The position numbers and the translations under genes were made by a program. Below, one piece after another: positions 35,618-44,656 of a stretch of 64,000 nt of DNA; within the stretch, counting starts at the first letter, position 1; each line of letters opens with the position of its first letter. Origin of the DNA: an uncultured delta proteobacterium. Its GTDB lineage: Bacteria > Desulfobacterota > Desulfuromonadia > Geobacterales > Pseudopelobacteraceae. The stretch is from the NCBI GenBank assembly GCA_963772835.1, contig CAVYYZ010000002.1, positions 467,710 to 531,709 on the forward strand, given 5' to 3'. Below the pieces are notes generated by a model. It made no database searches. It was given only the letters and a program-made list of their open reading frames with translations, and was not told the DNA's origin.

Positions 35618-36573
35618 TGAACGAGAGCCCCCGTACAACTTGAACCCTCACCGGCAGTGCAGCAATAGCAGTGCTGGGCAAGGTCGATTTTTTTACCGTT
35701 CATACCTGCATTTTCCAGTACTGAAATAGTGACATTAGATCCGTCCGCCGCCGTAACCGGCATTCCAAGAGCCTGATTAAAATCGCAGTTGTAAACAATA
35801 CCCTGCCAATCGACACTGATCAGGGTACGGCACATGATATTGCCCGCAGCCTCGGGATTGAACCGCCCTGCCAGCATACGCAGGTAGTCAGAGTACGTGC
35901 CGGTGGCTTCAAGCTGTTCCCGGAAACGCCCGACAGGAGCGTTCGTGATGGTGAAAAGATGATTGAAGACAATTCCGTGACGGTCCAGTAATTCTTTTTT
36001 GTAGGCATCTTCCAGCGCCCTCTGCGAACCGGGGACAAACTCACCACCCGGATTGTAAACCAGATTAAGCTCCGCCTTTGTTCCATAGCCAAGGGAATTC
36101 AGCCTCTTCAACACCTGAATGCTCTTTTGATACACACCGTTGCCTCGCTGTTGGTCAACGTTCTCCTCCAGATAGCAGGGGAGTGAACCGACAATGGTCA
36201 GGTTTTGACTCCGGCAGAACTCCGGCAACCATTCCCACCCCGATTCAGCCATGATTGCAAGATTGCTCCGTAGCATCCGGCGGGTTGCCAGCCCTTCAGT
36301 TCGTTCTATCAGGTAACGGAAGTTCGGATTCATCTCCGGACAACCTCCGGTGATATCGAGGGTAAGACCGGGATGACGGGTAAGAAATCCGGCAATCTGA
36401 TCCATGACAACCGTTCCCATTATTTCCGTTCCTCGGCTTGAGGCATCGACATGACAGTGGGTGCAATGCAGGTTACAAAGATTGCCCAGGTTGACCTGCA
36501 AAGTCTGCAGGCTCTCAAAAGTTTCGTATTCGGGATTGACCGCCTGAAGGCGGTCTTTGAATAGAGGCACCAT
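35614..36573 (-). CDS. arsS: Radical SAM/Cys-rich protein, ArsS (TIGR04167)-like
   Basis: LQVNLGNLCNLHCTHCHV, DITGG.PE, SLPCY, MCR, CDFNQ, C-terminal HCYCCTAGEGSSC. Confidence 0.85.
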   Translation of the reverse strand: MVPLFKDRLQAVNPEYETFESLQTLQVNLGNLCNLHCTHCHVDASSRGTEIMGTVVMDQIAGFLTRHPGLTLDITGGCPEMNPNFRYLIERTEGLATRRMLRSNLAIMAESGWEWLPEFCRSQNLTIVGSLPCYLEENVDQQRGNGVYQKSIQVLKRLNSLGYGTKAELNLVYNPGGEFVPGSQRALEDAYKKELLDRHGIVFNHLFTITNAPVGRFREQLEATGTYSDYLRMLAGRFNPEAAGNIMCRTLISVDWQGIVYNCDFNQALGMPVTAADGSNVTISVLENAGMNGKKIDLAQHCYCCTAGEGSSCTGALVQ

Positions 36574-36688
36574 AATTCGAAATCTGCTCCTTTGTCGATT
36601 GCGACTCAGATGGTAATCAATAAGTTAAGTTCAATGGTGCATTATTTTGCGCTGCTGCTGTCAGTCTGGTTCTGTCCTGCGAAGACTA

Positions 36689-37087
36689 TTACTCCGACAG
36701 AGGATCTTCACCCTGAGCCCACCCCTGTAAGACGCGGTCGTGTAGTTGAAAATGCTCCCCCGGATGTTCGGTGAGAATAACGTAGACATTTTGCGGCGGT
36801 ATGTTGAGGGAGCTCTGCAGTTGATTGATGAAAGCAAGCGACAATGAACGTTTCTGATCGCTCGTACGCCCTCCCCGGATATCTGCGTTGACAAAAACGA
36901 TGCCGTCCGCCGGGTTGGTGGCACGGCCGAAAGAGAGATCATTCGCCCCGTAACAGCGCAAGGTGACGCCAATATGATCCGTGCCGGTATCCATAATTGT
37001 TGCAAAGTGTTCCTTGATCTTTGCCGCGAAGGTGATTTTGTCGTCCTCGCTGAGGGTAAAATTAAACTCGAACTGAAGGTGTGGCAT
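36689..37087 (-). CDS. Tautomerase superfamily (MIF/4-OT-like) protein
   Basis: Catalytic N-terminal Pro after Met; beta-alpha-beta pattern GGRTSDQKR..IPPQNVYV. Confidence 0.75.
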   Translation of the reverse strand: MPHLQFEFNFTLSEDDKITFAAKIKEHFATIMDTGTDHIGVTLRCYGANDLSFGRATNPADGIVFVNADIRGGRTSDQKRSLSLAFINQLQSSLNIPPQNVYVILTEHPGEHFQLHDRVLQGWAQGEDPLSE

Positions 37088-37091
37088 GATG

Positions 37092-37781
37092 TTAATCCTC
37101 CTTTTCTTTTTCTCCGTTCTTCCACTTGTTGTACAGAACCGGAATCAGCGCAAACAGCCCGAGTAGCGCGAACGAACCGAGCACTCTGGGCGAAACGATG
37201 CCGGAGAGCGAATCGATGCTTGCCAGGCTCGCACCGGCGTTAACATAGACAAAGCCCCCTGGGATGATGCCGAGCATGGTGCCGAGGAAGAATGTTCGCA
37301 GCGGCAACCGGGTCAGGCCGGCCGACAAGTTGATCAGGAAGAACGGAAACAGCGGCACCAGGCGCAGAAACAACAGATAACTGAACCCGCGCTCTTCCAG
37401 CTCCCGGTTCATCCCCTCCAGTTTGCTGCCGAATTTGTTCAGGACGACATCACGCAGCAGATAGCGGGTTATCAGAAAAGCCAGGGTAGCGCCAAGAGTA
37501 GCGGCAATATTGGCGTAGACCGTACCCATTATGGAACCGAAGATGGCTCCGGCCGCCAGTGACAAAATAGCGGCACCAGGAAGTGACAGGGCCGTCTGTA
37601 TGATATAGACAGCCATGAAGCCGGCCACCATAACTAACTGATGGGCAACGTAATAATCCACTAGAATTTGGCGGTTGGCCTTGAGCGCAGCCAACGTCAG
37701 AAAACGCTGCAGGTCGAAGGAGAAGAAAAGTATGACAGCACCGATACCGACCAGAGCCAATGCAATTTTTTTAGCTTTCAT
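37092..37781 (-). CDS. TVP38/TMEM64 (DedA-superfamily) membrane protein
   Basis: LSLPG..LAAGAIFG, LRLVPLFPF.LIN, GIIPG. Confidence 0.9.
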   Translation of the reverse strand: MKAKKIALALVGIGAVILFFSFDLQRFLTLAALKANRQILVDYYVAHQLVMVAGFMAVYIIQTALSLPGAAILSLAAGAIFGSIMGTVYANIAATLGATLAFLITRYLLRDVVLNKFGSKLEGMNRELEERGFSYLLFLRLVPLFPFFLINLSAGLTRLPLRTFFLGTMLGIIPGGFVYVNAGASLASIDSLSGIVSPRVLGSFALLGLFALIPVLYNKWKNGEKEKED

Positions 37782-37785
37782 GGTT

Positions 37786-39309
37786 TTAACGCCTCTGCCA
37801 TTTCAGCCAGCCTGAAAGAAGGTTCTTCACAAATGGCGTCAGCCGGGTCCGGTTGTAGGCGTCTGCCAAGCGTTTGACGACCTCGGCTTGGGTCGGATAC
37901 GGATGAATGGTTTTGCCGATGGCAGAAATTGCGAGCCCATTGGTAATGGCGAGCGAAAATTCGTTGATCATCTCCCCTGCATGCCGGGCCACGATGGTGG
38001 CGCCAAGTATCTTGTCCGTCCCCTTGCGCAGATGAACCCGGGCAAATCCCTCGGCTTCGCCATCCAGAACCGCCCGGTCGATATCGGACAGTGGCACGGT
38101 AAGCGTGGTCACTTCAATCCCTTTTTCTGCGGCATCGGCTTCATACATACCGACATGGGCAATCTCCGGATCGGTATAGGTGCACCAGGGAATGGTGAGG
38201 GCAGATGCCTTCTGTCTCCCCATAAAGAGGGCATTGGCAATCAGGATGCGGGCCAAGGCGTCGGCGGTATGGGTAAATTTGAACGGGAAGCAGATGTCGC
38301 CGGCGGCATAGACATTCGGATTTGAGGTTTGCAGGTTGTCATTGACCGTAACACCTGAACGGTCAAACTTTATGCCTGCTTTCTCCAGTCCAAGGCCATC
38401 CATATTAGGTGCGCGGCCAACCCCCACCAATATGGTATCTACGGTCACATCTACCCGTTTTCCATCACGTTCAAGATGGAGAATCTTATCACTACCGTTT
38501 ATTTCTATTCCGACAATATTCACGCCCAACTGCAGATCAATTCCTTCACGAACAAATGTATCGTGAAGTAGCTCAGCGGCATCGCCATCTTCACGACCGA
38601 GAATATGGGGGCCCAGTTCAATCAGGGATACACGGCTGCCAAAGCGGGCAAATGACTGAGCCATCTCGCAGCCGATGGGACCGGCACCGATTACCGCCAT
38701 TCGAGGTGGAAGTTCAGTGAGGGAGAATAAGGTTTCGTTGGACAGGTACCCGGCTTCTTCCAAACCCGGTATTGGCGGGGCGGCAGCACGGGCACCCGTA
38801 CAGACAGCGGCTTTTTTGAAGCGCAGGGTTTTGCCCGCCACCTCGACCGTATCTGCACCGCTGAAGCTACCCTGACCGATAAATACGTCAATCCCCAATT
38901 CGTCGCGGAAACGGCGGGCGGAGTCGTGATGACTGATGTCAGCACGCAATCGGCGCATCCGCTCCATGGCGATGCCGAAGTCAAAACCCAGCTTTTGACT
39001 CTCCACAACCCCAAATTCAGCAGAGTTACGAGCATGGTGGACAGCACGGGAGGCACTGATGACCCCCTTTGAGGGGACACAGCCGACATTCAGACAGTCT
39101 CCCCCCATCAGATGCCGCTCAATGAGAGCAACTTTTGCCCCCAATCCGGCGGCGCCGGCAGCCGATATCAGGCCGGCCGTACCGCCACCGATAACGACAA
39201 GATTGTACTGACCGGCCGGCTCAGGATTGACCCAATCCGGGGGACGTACGTTCGCCACCAGTGTTTCATTATAGATATCACGTGGCAATACTGCCTGATC
39301 GGGCTTCAT
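37786..39309 (-). CDS. FAD-dependent pyridine nucleotide-disulfide oxidoreductase (mercuric-reductase-like)
   Basis: IGGGTAG, GGDCLNVGCVPSK, GAGPIG.E, IHPYPT; lacks MerA metal-binding domain and C-terminal CC. Confidence 0.88.
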   Translation of the reverse strand: MKPDQAVLPRDIYNETLVANVRPPDWVNPEPAGQYNLVVIGGGTAGLISAAGAAGLGAKVALIERHLMGGDCLNVGCVPSKGVISASRAVHHARNSAEFGVVESQKLGFDFGIAMERMRRLRADISHHDSARRFRDELGIDVFIGQGSFSGADTVEVAGKTLRFKKAAVCTGARAAAPPIPGLEEAGYLSNETLFSLTELPPRMAVIGAGPIGCEMAQSFARFGSRVSLIELGPHILGREDGDAAELLHDTFVREGIDLQLGVNIVGIEINGSDKILHLERDGKRVDVTVDTILVGVGRAPNMDGLGLEKAGIKFDRSGVTVNDNLQTSNPNVYAAGDICFPFKFTHTADALARILIANALFMGRQKASALTIPWCTYTDPEIAHVGMYEADAAEKGIEVTTLTVPLSDIDRAVLDGEAEGFARVHLRKGTDKILGATIVARHAGEMINEFSLAITNGLAISAIGKTIHPYPTQAEVVKRLADAYNRTRLTPFVKNLLSGWLKWQRR

Positions 39310-39454
39310 CGCAACCACTCCATTTGCACTAATACATCGGCTTCATGCCGGATTTACAAAGATTTCTGCCATTGTTTTTTCAATGCAGAAAAATTGCGGA
39401 CTTCTCAATCAAAGATCCCAAAGGTGCCAGCGGTTTAAGCTGGTCGTCACTCAA

Positions 39455-40243
39455 TCAGTGTGCTTCTTTACGCAGCTGTCGCTCCCGTAGGTCATCTTTC
39501 CACTGGTACGGCAAATCCACAATCGACCCGGCTGGTAATGTTTCTGCTGCAAAGTGTAAGCAGTCTTTCAGCACCGCTTCGTGTGTCGCCTCGTCACCCG
39601 CATCGCCAAGCGTCAGACCGAATGGATGCTGGATGAAGAGTGCTTTTGATGGCTTGACCAGATCGGTCATCTCTTTCACCAGAGATAAGGAAATTGTCGG
39701 GATGCCGAATATATCGAGTACTCGTTGGACCAGTCCCACGGACTGGGAACATACCGGTCACGAAGGGACCAGGACTGCCAGATCCACCCCATCGTCACGG
39801 AGCATTCTCGCTACCTGGGGTGCATTATTCCAAAGCAGCCTCTCAGTACGCGGGATGTAACCCATAAATGAAAAGTGGCGCGGAGCAGTAGCTCCGATAG
39901 TCCCGTTTTCCTCCAATTGCCTGAGAAGTTGATAAGGGAAAACGGTGCCCAGATCGGTCAAAGCCCGTTTAGTATCGTAACCGGGATGCGAAAGCGAGAT
40001 TTGTTCGACAGGCGTATCGCCCGGAATAATCCGAAAGCTGTCGTCGCCAAGAGGATTTCGACTATCAAAACGGGCCTGGCAGCCGGCAAGGTAGGCACCT
40101 GCCGTTACGATCAACGCAACTTTGCATTCATTGACCGGCTTGCAGAGCGGTGTCGGCTCAGTAGGTGATACAAAGGGAGTCCATTCGAAATCAGGAAGAA
40201 CTTTCCCCCTGATAAAATCTCCTTCCACATCCAAAAAGCTCAT
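39455..40243 (-). CDS. PrdB/GrdB-like selenoprotein (UGA recoded; S-U-P-V-C)
   Basis: ORFs 39758-40243 and 39455-39739 are in one frame separated by a single TGA: LVPS-U-PVCSQSVGLVQR..GIPT; hairpin CCAGTCC-GTG-GGACTGG 11 nt after the UGA. Confidence 0.85.
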
Positions 40244-40278
40244 GGCAGCCCCCTCTCAAAGGTAGATCATCAATGTAG

Positions 40279-41127
40279 TTATGACGGATATGGATTTTTT
40301 CCTGCCGGTATCATTCCTTCACAGGGCACGTTAGTCTGACATAAACCACATCCGGTGGCGGTGACGCCATACAGTGCACTTACCGCATCAGGTATGGTTC
40401 CATATACATATGAGCGACATTTATTCTTATCGTGGCCATTACGTGACAGAGCGCCAACCGGGCAACGACCGATACACGCGCCACATGTGCCTTCGCGGTA
40501 ATAAAGGCAATTAGCATGACGCTCAGGGTACGGACGATGTGTTGGCTCGAGCACAAGATCCGTAATGACACTCCCTAAACGGTGAGCAATCCCCTTCGGA
40601 GTGATGAGTGCATCGGTTAGGCTGAAAGTGCCCAAGCCTGCAGCATAGGCAGCATGCCGCTCTGACCAGGTGGAGGCTACACCGACGGCAGTTTCACTCA
40701 TTTCTCGCCAGGCCGTCATCAATTGTGGTGCGGCAGCGCGGTGCCCTCGTTCAGTAAACCAGGTAATCATATGACGGCGAAGTGCGGTATTGAATTGTTC
40801 GCCATAATTCCGCGTTTCCGCCCACTCCCGCGACGGATAGACATTTTCGCTCCTATTGGAAGCCCGGGTCTGGATAGTTATCGGCAAGACCCAGCTTATG
40901 ACTGTGGCCGGAATCCATGGATCTTCCGGAGTAGAGACAGAAACGAGCTCAGCCGGAGTGAGGTGGAATTCGCCGATTACTGATTTGTATAATGTAAAGA
41001 GGGGGTCTGTCGCGGCTGAAAAACCGATCAAAGGTTCATCGAAATAGCGGTCACCTCTTCCGGAAAAGCAATTGGCGCTGTTTTCACGCACAAAACGACG
41101 GACCTCCTCGCATAGAGAACGTTCCAC
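40279..41127 (-). CDS. QueG/reductive-dehalogenase-like 4Fe-4S protein
   Basis: WSERHAAYAAGLGTF, RLGSVITD, C..CGACIGRCP, CGLCQTNVPC; GTG start after AGGAGG. Confidence 0.8.
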   Translation of the reverse strand: MERSLCEEVRRFVRENSANCFSGRGDRYFDEPLIGFSAATDPLFTLYKSVIGEFHLTPAELVSVSTPEDPWIPATVISWVLPITIQTRASNRSENVYPSREWAETRNYGEQFNTALRRHMITWFTERGHRAAAPQLMTAWREMSETAVGVASTWSERHAAYAAGLGTFSLTDALITPKGIAHRLGSVITDLVLEPTHRPYPERHANCLYYREGTCGACIGRCPVGALSRNGHDKNKCRSYVYGTIPDAVSALYGVTATGCGLCQTNVPCEGMIPAGKNPYPS

Positions 41128-41238
41128 ACTTCCTCCTTTGAATCTGATTTCATTGTCATCAACCCGGGGAAAAATCACTGCAACTGTGCAATCAGCGGGC
41201 ACCCCCCGCCCTCGTTGGTTCCAGTAAGTCAGGACAGG

Positions 41239-41793
41239 CTACTTAACGAATTTCATGGCAGCAGAATTCATGCAGTAACGCAATCCCGTGGGTTTGGGAC
41301 CGTCATCGAAAACATGGCCCAGATGAGCGTCGCAGCGGCTGCATAATACTTCGGTACGTTTTGAAAACAGGCTGTTGTCGTCGCGGGTCGTAATATTCTC
41401 CGGTGCGATCGGCTGCCAGAAACTGGGCCACCCGGTACCGGATTCGTACTTATGCTCTGATCGGAACAGATCGTTGCCACAGCAGATGCATTGGTACGTG
41501 CCGGCCTCGTGATTGTTCCAGGTGGCTCCGGTGAAGGCCCGTTCCGTTCCCTGTTCGCGGGTGACGTGGTACTGCTCCTGCGTCAGTTGTTTACGCCATT
41601 CCTCCTCAGTTTTAACAACTTTATCGCTCATGATATACCCCTTTTGGAGTGCGGAATACAGTTTCATCGATGATGCCTGCGTCGCCCCGCCGCCAGTTGA
41701 TTTGGCCGTTGCTGCCGTAATTGACCCTTTTCTGCTGCAGGCAAGAAGTAGAGTGCTCATACCGCCGATAATAAATAATCTTCGTGAGATCAT
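41239..41793 (-). CDS. msrB: Methionine-R-sulfoxide reductase with twin-Arg/lipoprotein-like leader
   Basis: [37 protein letters not shown]. Confidence 0.93.
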   Translation of the reverse strand: MISRRLFIIGGMSTLLLACSRKGSITAATAKSTGGGATQASSMKLYSALQKGYIMSDKVVKTEEEWRKQLTQEQYHVTREQGTERAFTGATWNNHEAGTYQCICCGNDLFRSEHKYESGTGWPSFWQPIAPENITTRDDNSLFSKRTEVLCSRCDAHLGHVFDDGPKPTGLRYCMNSAAMKFVK

Positions 41794-41812
41794 ACCGGTC
41801 TCCTTTCAACCG

Positions 41813-42418
41813 TTAATGCCCCGCCGCGCTTCCCCACAACTCCTTGAGCCTCTGGTCACGGCCGCAGCCGTTACGGTAATATGTGTAGCGGAGTGGATTT
41901 TTTTTGTAGTAGTGCTGATGGTATTCTTCAGCCGGGTAAAATTCACCGGCCGGTGAAATCTCGGTTACGATCGACTCCCTGAAGGGTTTGTTCTTTTCGA
42001 GAGCTGCCTTCGATTGCACGGCAGCCCGGCGCTGTGCTTCTGAATTGTAGAAAATTGCACTTCGATACTGGTCGCCCGAATCGCAGAACTGGCGATCTTT
42101 TACGGTCGGGTCAATATTATGCCAGTAGACGGACAGAAGCTTTTCATAACTGATTTTCGACGGATCATACACAATCTGCACCGCCTCGGCATGCCCTGTC
42201 CCTCCGGCAGAAACCTCCCTGTAGGTCGGATTCTTCTTTTTTCCGCCAATGTAGCCGGGAGTAACAGAGACTACGCCGGGAAGCTGGTCGAACGGTGCCT
42301 CCATACACCAGAAGCAGCCTCCGGCCAATGCGGCTTTTTCAGTTGTTGCTGCCAATACCTGTTGAAAGGGACTCAGGAGGAGAAAGGTGACTGTCAGAAA
42401 CCGGGCCATGATATTCAT
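41813..42418 (-). CDS. msrA: Methionine-S-sulfoxide reductase with signal peptide
   Basis: AGGCFWC, GHAEAV, GDQYRSAI, AEEYHQHY. Confidence 0.94.
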   Translation of the reverse strand: MNIMARFLTVTFLLLSPFQQVLAATTEKAALAGGCFWCMEAPFDQLPGVVSVTPGYIGGKKKNPTYREVSAGGTGHAEAVQIVYDPSKISYEKLLSVYWHNIDPTVKDRQFCDSGDQYRSAIFYNSEAQRRAAVQSKAALEKNKPFRESIVTEISPAGEFYPAEEYHQHYYKKNPLRYTYYRNGCGRDQRLKELWGSAAGH

Positions 42419-42523
42419 TGTGTTTACCTCGCTTTTAATGCGTCGGTACAAAATATATTAAGGACAATTTCGGTCTTATTATAGCATAATCTCCGCTCTT
42501 GTGAAGAATGAATCTTTAAAACA

Positions 42524-42556
42524 AATATATCCCGCGACAGAGCCGTGGGATATATT
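42524..42556 (-). terminator. Terminator after glmS
   Basis: AATATATCCC...GGGATATATT hairpin with T-rich tail on the minus strand. Confidence 0.6.
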
Positions 42557-42600
42557 GAAAGGGTACTATTCAGATCAAGTGTTTGAAAGCAATATATCGA

Positions 42601-44430
42601 TTACTCCACAGTGACACTCTTGGCCAGGTTCCTCGGCTGATCGACATCGGTACCCTTCAATACGGCAATGTGATACGCGAGCAGCTGCAGCGGCACCGAC
42701 AGCAGCAGAGGTTCGAGATCTTCATCAAGGCTCGGTATTTCAATGGTTGTTTCCGCCCTGTCACGCACGTCTACATCGCCGGGGGAACAGATGGCAACCA
42801 CGCGGCCGCCACGGGCAATTATTTCCTCCATGTTGGAGAGTGTTTTTTCGTACGAGCTCCCTTTTGGCACCAGTACAACAACCGGCACATCCTCGTCAAT
42901 CAGAGCAATCGGCCCGTGTTTCATTTCACCCGCCGGGTAACCTTCGGCATGAATGTAGGATATTTCCTTGAGCTTCAACGCCCCTTCGAGGGCGATCGGA
43001 TAGTTTTTACCCCGGCCGAGGTACAGAAAATCACGGGCATTCATATATTTTTTTGCAATTACTTCGACTTCGTCGTTCAGTTTAAGAGACTCTACCAGCA
43101 ACCCGGACACTTTTTTGAGAGATTCAATCATCCGCTTGCCATGGGCAACATCGATCGTGCAGTTGGCTCTTCCCAGACGTATCGTAAAGAGATACAGGGC
43201 AATCAGTTGCGTCACAAATGCCTTGGTTGAAGCAACGCCGATCTCCGGGCCGGCATGGGTATAAATCACACCGGCGGATTCGCGCGCGATGGAGGAATCC
43301 ACCACATTGCAAATAGCCATATTCATGGCGCCACGCGTTTTTGCTTCGCGCAGTGCCGCCAGAGTGTCGGCTGTTTCCCCTGACTGAGAGATGACGATGG
43401 CCAGTGTGTTTTCATCAACGACCGGATTGCGATACCGGAACTCGGAGGCGAAATCGACTTCAACCGGAATCCGGCAGAGCCCCTCGATATAGAATTTACC
43501 CAGCAGAGCCGAGTGCCATGATGTGCCGCAGGCGATAATGACCACGCGCTTTATCGCCGCCAGCTGGCGATCGCTGAACGGCAGGGTATCGAGGTGCACA
43601 TCCCCTTCTTCTTCAAGCAGCCGACCGGCGATGGTGTCGCGTACTGCGCGCGGCTGTTCATGGATCTCCTTCAGCATGAAATGCCGGTACCCCCCCTTTT
43701 CGGCCATCAAGGGCGACCAGTCGATATGGCGTGCTGTTTTATCCAGGGGGGCACCTGCAATAGTAGAAAAATGAGCCGCGCCGTCTCTGAATACGACCAG
43801 TTCACCGTCCTCCATAAACACCATTTCACGGGTATTGGCTAAAATGGCAGGAACGTCGGACGCGACAAAAAATTCTCCCTCTCCGAGACCAACCACCATC
43901 GGCGAGCCCTGCTTGGCTGCAATCAGAGATTCCGGATCCTTTACATTGAGGATACAGACGGCAAAAGCCCCGCGCAATTGAGCCAACGTCCGCCTGACCG
44001 CTTTTTCAAAATCTGCTTCGGTATGGAGTGTTTCTTCGATCAGGTGTGCAATGACTTCGCTGTCGGTTTCACTCTTGAACGTATGTCCGGCCTGTTTCAG
44101 TTGATTTTTCAGCTGCAGATGGTTCTCAATGATGCCGTTATGCACCAGAATAACCGGGCCGGCCTTGTGCGGGTGGGCGTTTATTTCAGAAGGCCTGCCA
44201 TGCGTCGCCCAGCGGGTATGCCCAATACCGACCGTTCCGGCAAGCGGCTGCTCACGCAGCAGGTTTTCCAGATTGACCAGTTTCCCCTGGCTTCTGCGTA
44301 TGGCACACTCACCATCTGCCAACGTTGCGATTCCAGCTGAATCATACCCACGATATTCAAGCTTCTTGAGTCCTTCCAGAATGATCGGAGTTGCCTGCTG
44401 CCCACCGATGTATCCAACAATGCCGCACAT
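42601..44430 (-). CDS. glmS: Glutamine-fructose-6-phosphate aminotransferase
   Basis: [35 protein letters not shown]. Confidence 0.97.
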   Translation of the reverse strand: MCGIVGYIGGQQATPIILEGLKKLEYRGYDSAGIATLADGECAIRRSQGKLVNLENLLREQPLAGTVGIGHTRWATHGRPSEINAHPHKAGPVILVHNGIIENHLQLKNQLKQAGHTFKSETDSEVIAHLIEETLHTEADFEKAVRRTLAQLRGAFAVCILNVKDPESLIAAKQGSPMVVGLGEGEFFVASDVPAILANTREMVFMEDGELVVFRDGAAHFSTIAGAPLDKTARHIDWSPLMAEKGGYRHFMLKEIHEQPRAVRDTIAGRLLEEEGDVHLDTLPFSDRQLAAIKRVVIIACGTSWHSALLGKFYIEGLCRIPVEVDFASEFRYRNPVVDENTLAIVISQSGETADTLAALREAKTRGAMNMAICNVVDSSIARESAGVIYTHAGPEIGVASTKAFVTQLIALYLFTIRLGRANCTIDVAHGKRMIESLKKVSGLLVESLKLNDEVEVIAKKYMNARDFLYLGRGKNYPIALEGALKLKEISYIHAEGYPAGEMKHGPIALIDEDVPVVVLVPKGSSYEKTLSNMEEIIARGGRVVAICSPGDVDVRDRAETTIEIPSLDEDLEPLLLSVPLQLLAYHIAVLKGTDVDQPRNLAKSVTVE

Positions 44431-44656
44431 ATATTCACCTCAGAAATTGAAATAACATTAATTGAACATGAACGTAGTACCATAAATGGACTACCTGTAG
44501 CACGATTTTTTTGGCGACACAGCCGGTTTCAAATTACTCTGTCGCGGGTATCCAAATGTGAATGTGTTTGAATTCCTGAAATGATATGTTATTTTGCTGC
44601 GATAAGAAAACAGCTATTGGTTGATATAATTTCAGTCATTCAGGAAGGTCCGTTCA

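Noticed and set aside
37786..39309. Mercuric reductase merA
   Set aside because: No N-terminal metal-binding domain, no C-terminal Cys-Cys pair, no mer operon
42452..42600. Tn7-type insertion at the glmS attachment site
   Set aside because: No tns genes, no TGT...ACA ends or target duplication seen; only a terminator and a promoter-like region
42583..43230. Long antisense ORFs (also 49815-50606, 50960-51679, 14711-15367, 24844-25482)
   Set aside because: Opposite well-supported genes; expected from codon bias and without motifs
44431..44656. glmS ribozyme upstream of glmS
   Set aside because: No conserved ribozyme core seen; region looks like a divergent promoter
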